A stretch of 64,000 nt of DNA, from positions 1,580-65,579 of the forward strand of contig NZ_JAVJUY010000051.1 of the NCBI RefSeq assembly GCF_040220315.1, written 5' to 3'. Of the stretch, positions 58,371 to 64,000 are shown one piece after another (position 1 is the first letter of the stretch; each line of letters opens with the position of its first letter). Made by a program: the position numbers and the translations under genes. The notes under the pieces are model-generated. The model made no database searches and was not told the origin of the DNA. It worked only from the letters and a program-made list of their open reading frames with translations. The stretch comes from Fulvivirga sp. Lineage in GTDB: Bacteria; Bacteroidota; Bacteroidia; Cytophagales; Cyclobacteriaceae.

Positions 58371-58483
58371 GGTATATTTTGGTTTGCCATCAAATATCAA
58401 AAATTGTGCTGTTTTCTAAAACGTGACAAAATGTAAGGTGTTGCATTAGTAAGAGTTAAGATTTGTTAAGTAATTTAAAAGGT

Positions 58484-59551
58484 ATGAGATTATGTATTCT
58501 TTTAATATTGATGTGTATGTCATTTTCGGTTTATTCTCAGATAAGCAGTTGGGAATCATCGTTACACTATGGTAAAATTATCCCGCATTCTTCTGAGCTT
58601 AAACCAGTTACTGAAGAGCCATTATGGGGATTGCAGTTAGATTATAGTAGACTTAAATTAAGTCAAAAAGCCTGGGATCAATGCAATTGCTACACAAAAA
58701 TTGGCGCTTCATTCACCTATTTCAACTATCAAAACCCAGAACAGCTCGGAAGCTCAACTAATCTAATTTTTTTTGCTGAGCCGTACCTTTCTTATAAATC
58801 CAGACTGAAATTAACGATGCGTAGTGGTGTTGGATTCACTTACGTTAATAGGCTCTATGATGAAAACAGCAACCCTGAAAACCTATTCTTTAGCTCCCAC
58901 TTGAGTTTTATTATCCATTTAGGATTATATGGTGTTTATGCGATTAACGAAAAGTATGAGTTGAAGGCAGGGTTCAATTATAATCACATTTCAAATGGCG
59001 GTTTAAATCAACCGAATAAGGGAATGAATTTCCCTACAATTAGTATGGGTGTTATCTACAATACGAATACTTTCCAATTTGAAAATCGAGAAAAGAACGA
59101 ATACTTAAAAAAGAAGCTTTTCTATTATGTACGACTATTTGGCACGATGCCTGAGGTGAGCAATGAAGATGTATCTGTTAATGAACGTAAATTTCTATTG
59201 GGATTGTCATCGGGTGTTTTATTTCATTTAACACAAACGAATGCGTTTAATATGGGAGTGGAATTAGTTAACGATGAATCGTACAAACGAAGTGCAGAGC
59301 TAATGGGTAAAGATTACGATCACAGAGTAGTAGGGATAGTTCTTGGACATAATTTTGTATTTGGCAATATTCTATTCAATCAACAAATGGGTTGGTACGC
59401 TTATAGGCCTTTTCCTTCTACTAGCAACAGTTTTTATCAGCGCTATGAGTTGCTCTACAAGCTGGGGAATAAGTTTCAGGTAGGCGTTGGCTTGAAGGCG
59501 CACGGACATGTAGCTGAAAATATGGATTTAAGGTTTGGCGTTGTTTTTTAA
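58484..59551 (+). CDS. Acyloxyacyl-hydrolase / PagL-like outer-membrane barrel (putative lipid A deacylase)
   Basis: Signal peptide, amphipathic strands, YNHISNGG...PNKGMN motif, terminal Phe; start ATG 58484 (track TTG 58463). Confidence 0.75.
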   Translation: MRLCILLILMCMSFSVYSQISSWESSLHYGKIIPHSSELKPVTEEPLWGLQLDYSRLKLSQKAWDQCNCYTKIGASFTYFNYQNPEQLGSSTNLIFFAEPYLSYKSRLKLTMRSGVGFTYVNRLYDENSNPENLFFSSHLSFIIHLGLYGVYAINEKYELKAGFNYNHISNGGLNQPNKGMNFPTISMGVIYNTNTFQFENREKNEYLKKKLFYYVRLFGTMPEVSNEDVSVNERKFLLGLSSGVLFHLTQTNAFNMGVELVNDESYKRSAELMGKDYDHRVVGIVLGHNFVFGNILFNQQMGWYAYRPFPSTSNSFYQRYELLYKLGNKFQVGVGLKAHGHVAENMDLRFGVVF

Positions 59552-59615
59552 CCTTTGGTTTAGAGGTTGATTATGTTAATAATCTTCATCTTTGAAGCTA
59601 GTAAATTATTAAAAT

Positions 59616-61112
59616 ATGGGATTCAGATCGTTTTTAGGTAAACCATTTGCAAAATACATTGCGGCCCAGACGAAAAAATGGGCGTCACAACCCAGGCAGT
59701 CGCAGGAAAAAGTATTTAAGAACCTTTTAGCAAATGGATTGAAAACGAAATTTGGCAGGGACCATCATTTTGATCAAATAAATACTTACGAAGACTTTAA
59801 AAAGCGTGTGCCCGTTAGAGATTATGAGCAGTTAAAACCATATATCGAAGAAATGGTGGAAGGCAAGCCTGATATACTATGGCCGGGTAAACCAATTTAT
59901 TTATCAAAAACTTCAGGTACTACATCAGGTGTAAAGTATATTCCCATTACTAAAGATTCAATACCTAATCATTTTGTGAGTGCAAGAAATGCTGTGTTGG
60001 CGTATGTTGCTGAAACAGGAAAAGCTGATTTTTTAGATGGTAAATTGATATTCCTTTCAGGAAGTCCGGAGCTAGCTAAGAAGAATGGAATTCATGTAGG
60101 CAGATTATCTGGTATAGTAAACCACCATGTGCCAGGTTATTTACGGACTAACCAGATGCCTAGCTATGAAACCAATTGTATTGATGATTGGGAGACAAAA
60201 CTTGAGAAGATTATTGATGAGACCATTGATAAGAATATGACGCTAATATCCGGTATCCCGCCATGGGTACAAATGTATTTTGATCGTATTCAGGCCAGAG
60301 TGGATGGCAAAAAAATAAAAGATGTCTTCCCTAATTTCTCCATGTTTGTTTATGGTGGTGTAAATTTTGAGCCATATAGAGCTAAGTTGGAAGAGTCAAT
60401 AGGAAAGAAAATTGATTCGGTAGAAACCTACCCAGCGTCTGAAGGATTTATCGCTTATCAGGACTCACAAACAGAACCCGGGCTTTTGATTTTGCTCAAT
60501 AGCGGAATATTCTTTGAATTTATCCCAACAGAAGAATATTTTGACGAGAATCCAACCAGATTGATGATTCATGAAGTAGAACTGAATAAAAATTATGCGT
60601 TAATCATTAATAGTAATGCGGGCTTGTGGGGTTATTCTATTGGCGATACCGTGAAGTTTGTTTCGAAAGAACCTTACAGGTTGTTGGTGACTGGCAGGAT
60701 AAAACATTTTATTTCTGCCTTTGGCGAGCACGTAATTGGCGAGGAGGTGGAAAAGGCGATGAAAAATACGTGTGAGAAGTTCCCTGAAACCGAATTAATC
60801 GAATTTACTGTTGCCCCGAATGTAGCTCCCAAAGAAGGGTTACCTTTGCACGAATGGTATATAGAATTTGCTCAAAAACCAAATGATTTGGCTGCCTTTG
60901 AAAAAGAGTTAAATTTGCAGCTGCAAAAGCAAAACACCTATTATGACGACCTGATTACTGGTAATATTTTGAGAGGTTTAAAAATCATGGAATTAAGAAA
61001 GAATGCGTTTATTGATTACATGAAATCTCAGGGGAAATTAGGTGGTCAGAATAAGGTTCCTAGATTATCAAATGATAGGAAGATTGCAGATTGGTTTGAA
61101 AAAATGGATTGA
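59616..61112 (+). CDS. GH3-family acyl-acid amido synthetase-like protein
   Basis: SKTSGTTSGVKYIP, ETYPASEGF, YSIGDTV.F, GRIKH, GGQNKVPRL. Confidence 0.9.
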   Translation: MGFRSFLGKPFAKYIAAQTKKWASQPRQSQEKVFKNLLANGLKTKFGRDHHFDQINTYEDFKKRVPVRDYEQLKPYIEEMVEGKPDILWPGKPIYLSKTSGTTSGVKYIPITKDSIPNHFVSARNAVLAYVAETGKADFLDGKLIFLSGSPELAKKNGIHVGRLSGIVNHHVPGYLRTNQMPSYETNCIDDWETKLEKIIDETIDKNMTLISGIPPWVQMYFDRIQARVDGKKIKDVFPNFSMFVYGGVNFEPYRAKLEESIGKKIDSVETYPASEGFIAYQDSQTEPGLLILLNSGIFFEFIPTEEYFDENPTRLMIHEVELNKNYALIINSNAGLWGYSIGDTVKFVSKEPYRLLVTGRIKHFISAFGEHVIGEEVEKAMKNTCEKFPETELIEFTVAPNVAPKEGLPLHEWYIEFAQKPNDLAAFEKELNLQLQKQNTYYDDLITGNILRGLKIMELRKNAFIDYMKSQGKLGGQNKVPRLSNDRKIADWFEKMD

Positions 61113-61115
61113 GTA

Positions 61116-61394
61116 ATGGTGAGCCAAGATCAAATATCGATAATAAGGTCTAAGATGTCTAAATATAAGATAAGTAAGATAGGTGTTTTTGGATCTTACG
61201 CCAGAAATAATGAGCGTGCCGATAGTGATCTTGATATTCTTGTTCAGTTTGATCAAAGAATATCACTATTTGAGCTTATTGATTTAGAGCTTCAGCTATC
61301 AGAGGCACTTGGAATAAAAGTTGATTTAGTGACTGAAAACTCTCTAAGTAAACATATTAAGCCATTTATTGAATCAGAATTGGTTTCTATTTAA
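61116..61394 (+). CDS. mntA: Minimal nucleotidyltransferase (MNT) antitoxin
   Basis: GS-x10-DxD (GSYARNNERADSDLD), KVDLV; 92 aa; TAATG overlap with next gene. Confidence 0.92.
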   Translation: MVSQDQISIIRSKMSKYKISKIGVFGSYARNNERADSDLDILVQFDQRISLFELIDLELQLSEALGIKVDLVTENSLSKHIKPFIESELVSI

Positions 61395-61738
61395 TGAAGG
61401 TTAACAGTGTTTATATAGCCCATATTACAGAGGCCATAAATTCTATTCTTGAGTATACATCTGATTTAGATGAGCAAGAATTTCTAAAAAATAAACTTGT
61501 TCAAGATGCAGTAATACGTAATCTGCAAATTATAGGAGAGGCAACTAAAAAGATAAATGAACAGATACGTACAAAGTACAGCGTTATTCCTTGGAAACAA
61601 ATGGCGGGAATGCGAGACAAATTAATTCATGATTATATGGGAGTTGATTTATGGGCGGTATGGGCTGTTGTGGAAATCGAATTGCCCAAGATAAAGCCAT
61701 TGCTTGATAAAATTCTGGGGGAGTTAGAAGGTGAATAA
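61394..61738 (+). CDS. hepT: HEPN (DUF86) RNase toxin
   Basis: DAVIRNLQIIGEA, IPWKQMAGMRDKLIHDY (R-x4-H followed by Tyr). Confidence 0.92.
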   Translation: MKVNSVYIAHITEAINSILEYTSDLDEQEFLKNKLVQDAVIRNLQIIGEATKKINEQIRTKYSVIPWKQMAGMRDKLIHDYMGVDLWAVWAVVEIELPKIKPLLDKILGELEGE

Positions 61739-62888
61739 AAAAAACATAGCCATACTCGGCTCTACAGGATCGATAGGGACACAAGCACTAGATGTAGTAA
61801 GGCTGCATGAGGATAAATTTCAAATTGAAGTTCTTACAGCACAGAATAATGCTAAACTATTAATTGAACAGGCTGCTGAGTTTAAACCCAATACGGTTGT
61901 TATTGGTAATGAAGACATGTACGACCAGGTGCAATCGGCACTAGATCCATTGGATATTAAAGTGTATTGTGGTGAAAAGGCATTAGCATCTGTTGCTGAA
62001 ATGGAAACCGTTGACTTGGTTCTTACTGCACTAGTAGGCTATGCCGGGTTAACACCAACAATCAAAGCGATTGAGGCCGGTAAAAACATTGCTTTGGCCA
62101 ATAAAGAAACCCTGGTTGTTGCAGGAGAATTAATTACCGAGCTAGCAAGAAATAAGGGCGTAAACATTTACCCTGTTGATTCTGAACATTCGGCAATTTT
62201 CCAATGTATAGTAGGAGAATTTCATAATCCAATAGAGAAAATAATTCTAACGGCTTCTGGTGGGCCATTTAGAGGGAAGTCTAAGGAAGAATTGCTTTCA
62301 GTTACAAAAGCCCAGGCATTAAAGCACCCGAATTGGGATATGGGTGCTAAAATTACCATTGATTCCGCTTCCTTAATGAATAAAGGCCTCGAAGTGATTG
62401 AAGCTAAATGGTTATTTGGTCTGAAAGCCGATCAGGTGGACGTAATAGTACATCCACAGTCGATTATACATTCAATGGTGCAATTTGAAGATGGTTCTAT
62501 TAAGGCTCAGATGGGCTTACCAGACATGAAATTACCGATACAATATGCAATGGGTTATCCTGAGCGATTAAAGTCTGATTTTCCGCGATTTGATTTCACA
62601 AACTATCCGGCACTCACATTTGAACAACCTGACATAAAGACATTCCGTAACCTACAATTGGCCTTTGATGCCTTAAAAGCAGGTGGTAATGTGCCATGTG
62701 TGCTGAATGCAGCTAATGAAGTGGCCGTGGCAGCATTTTTGAAAGATGAAATTGGTTTCTTACAAATGTCGGAAGTAGTAGAACAATGTATGGCAGAAAT
62801 TGATTTTATAAAAAAGCCTACGTATGAAGATTATGTAAGCACAGACAAACAAACAAGAGTTAAAGCAATAGAGATTATAAACAAATAG
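61731..62888 (+). CDS. dxr: 1-deoxy-D-xylulose-5-phosphate reductoisomerase
   Basis: ILGSTGSIG, LANKE, PVDSEH, HPNWDMGAKITIDSA..MNKGLEVIEA; GTG start overlaps hepT stop. Confidence 0.98.
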   Translation: MNKKNIAILGSTGSIGTQALDVVRLHEDKFQIEVLTAQNNAKLLIEQAAEFKPNTVVIGNEDMYDQVQSALDPLDIKVYCGEKALASVAEMETVDLVLTALVGYAGLTPTIKAIEAGKNIALANKETLVVAGELITELARNKGVNIYPVDSEHSAIFQCIVGEFHNPIEKIILTASGGPFRGKSKEELLSVTKAQALKHPNWDMGAKITIDSASLMNKGLEVIEAKWLFGLKADQVDVIVHPQSIIHSMVQFEDGSIKAQMGLPDMKLPIQYAMGYPERLKSDFPRFDFTNYPALTFEQPDIKTFRNLQLAFDALKAGGNVPCVLNAANEVAVAAFLKDEIGFLQMSEVVEQCMAEIDFIKKPTYEDYVSTDKQTRVKAIEIINK

Positions 62889-64000
62889 ATGGAAGGATTA
62901 GTAATGACGGCTCAGATACTTCTGAGCTTATCAATTTTAGTTGGGTTGCACGAAATGGGCCACCTGTTAGCAGCGAAATTTTTTGGGATGCGTGTGGAAC
63001 AATTTTCAATTGGCTTCCCGCCTAAAATATTCAGTTTTAAATACAAGGATACGGAGTATGCCTTAAGCGCAATTCCACTTGGAGGTTTTGTTAAAATCTC
63101 AGGAATGATCGATGAGTCTATGGACAAAGAGCAAATGAAACAGCCGCCACAGCCGTGGGAGTTTCGTTCTAAGCCAGCATGGCAGCGATTAATTGTAATG
63201 TTAGGAGGGATATTCATCAATGTTATTACGGGTATTGTAATATTCATTTTTCTGACATTTTTATTTGGTGATCAGATCATTTCTAAAGATCAGGTTAATG
63301 CCAATGGTGGTATTATTGCCAAAGAGTTAGCAGCTGAAATTGGACTAAAAACAGGAGATAAGATCGTTAAAATTAACGGAAAAGATTTCCAGGATTTTAA
63401 TGATGTAATGGATACCAAAGTTTTTCTTGGCACGGGTTCCTACTATACTGTTGAGCGCGATGGTGAGATGGTAAATGTGAGAATACCATCAGACTTCTTA
63501 GATAAGTTTAATGATAAAGAGGCATTTGGGAAATTTGTTTTGCCTGCTGTTCCGATAGCGGTTTCCCAACTGAACCCTAGCAGCTTAGGTGAAAGAATGG
63601 GCTTAAAAGAAGGTGATATTTTTGTGACGCTGGCTAGCCAACCAATAATTGAAGGCGGAGATGTACGAAAGATCATCACGTCTTTTGAAGGTGATACGGT
63701 TACGGCAAGTGTTAAAAGAGAGGGACAACTACTTAATTTAAGGGCAGCGGTTGAACAAGATACACTTTTAGGATTGTATGTAGGGCTGCCGGAGGGATTT
63801 TTAGTGACACGGGATTATGGTTTTGGTGAATCTATAGGCTTAGGAACTGAGCGCGCCTTTGGTGTTATTTTTACTCAAATTCAGGCCTTTGGCAAGATGT
63901 TTAGTGGCGATTTAAATGTTCAAAAGTCGCTTTCAGGGCCAATTGGTATTGCCCAAGCCTACGGTGGCGAATGGGACTGGCAGCGTTTCTGGAGATTAAC
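62889..64000 (+). CDS. rseP: RIP metalloprotease RseP (3'-partial)
   Basis: ATG at 62889 directly after dxr stop; MEGLVMTAQILLSLSILVGLHEMGH (HExxH), FSIGFPP, AIPLGGFVKISGM; continues off the window. Confidence 0.95.
   Translation, partial: MEGLVMTAQILLSLSILVGLHEMGHLLAAKFFGMRVEQFSIGFPPKIFSFKYKDTEYALSAIPLGGFVKISGMIDESMDKEQMKQPPQPWEFRSKPAWQRLIVMLGGIFINVITGIVIFIFLTFLFGDQIISKDQVNANGGIIAKELAAEIGLKTGDKIVKINGKDFQDFNDVMDTKVFLGTGSYYTVERDGEMVNVRIPSDFLDKFNDKEAFGKFVLPAVPIAVSQLNPSSLGERMGLKEGDIFVTLASQPIIEGGDVRKIITSFEGDTVTASVKREGQLLNLRAAVEQDTLLGLYVGLPEGFLVTRDYGFGESIGLGTERAFGVIFTQIQAFGKMFSGDLNVQKSLSGPIGIAQAYGGEWDWQRFWRL

Noticed and set aside
62912-63679. Minus-strand ORFs at 62912-63247 and 63443-63679
   Set aside because: Antisense to rseP, which runs off the window on the plus strand.

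Overview
Chromosomal segment from an AT-rich Bacteroidota bacterium, most likely Cytophagales (inferred from gene content, gene order and many TAnnTTTG-type -7 promoter elements). It is mostly housekeeping and envelope DNA: T9SS translocon sprA (1-7005, runs off the left edge and is missed by the ORF track), ruvA, maeB, the tatA-gatA-mltD operon, the envC/DUF4292/TPR/nucleotidyltransferase/flippase block, tdh/kbl, folP-dacA, proS, birA, rsfS-ftsH-lpxH-like, htrA, dxr and rseP (runs off the right edge, also missed). A more variable stretch lies at about 33.6-47.2 kb. It holds an orphan histidine kinase, a tightly coupled five-gene glycosylation operon (polyprenol-P-sugar-synthase-like GT2, CslA-like processive GT2, GT-C, exported rhodanese, DUF2064/CofC-like), an AraC-AhpD-like-cupredoxin unit, a YopX gene, an orphan ACP and a sigma54 two-component system with visible cis sites. 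An MNT-HEPN toxin-antitoxin pair is wedged into the GH3-dxr-rseP run. I saw no rRNA, tRNA, CRISPR array or transposase. Family assignments come from motif recognition by eye; no database searches were run. Several ORF-track starts were shifted to more plausible codons.
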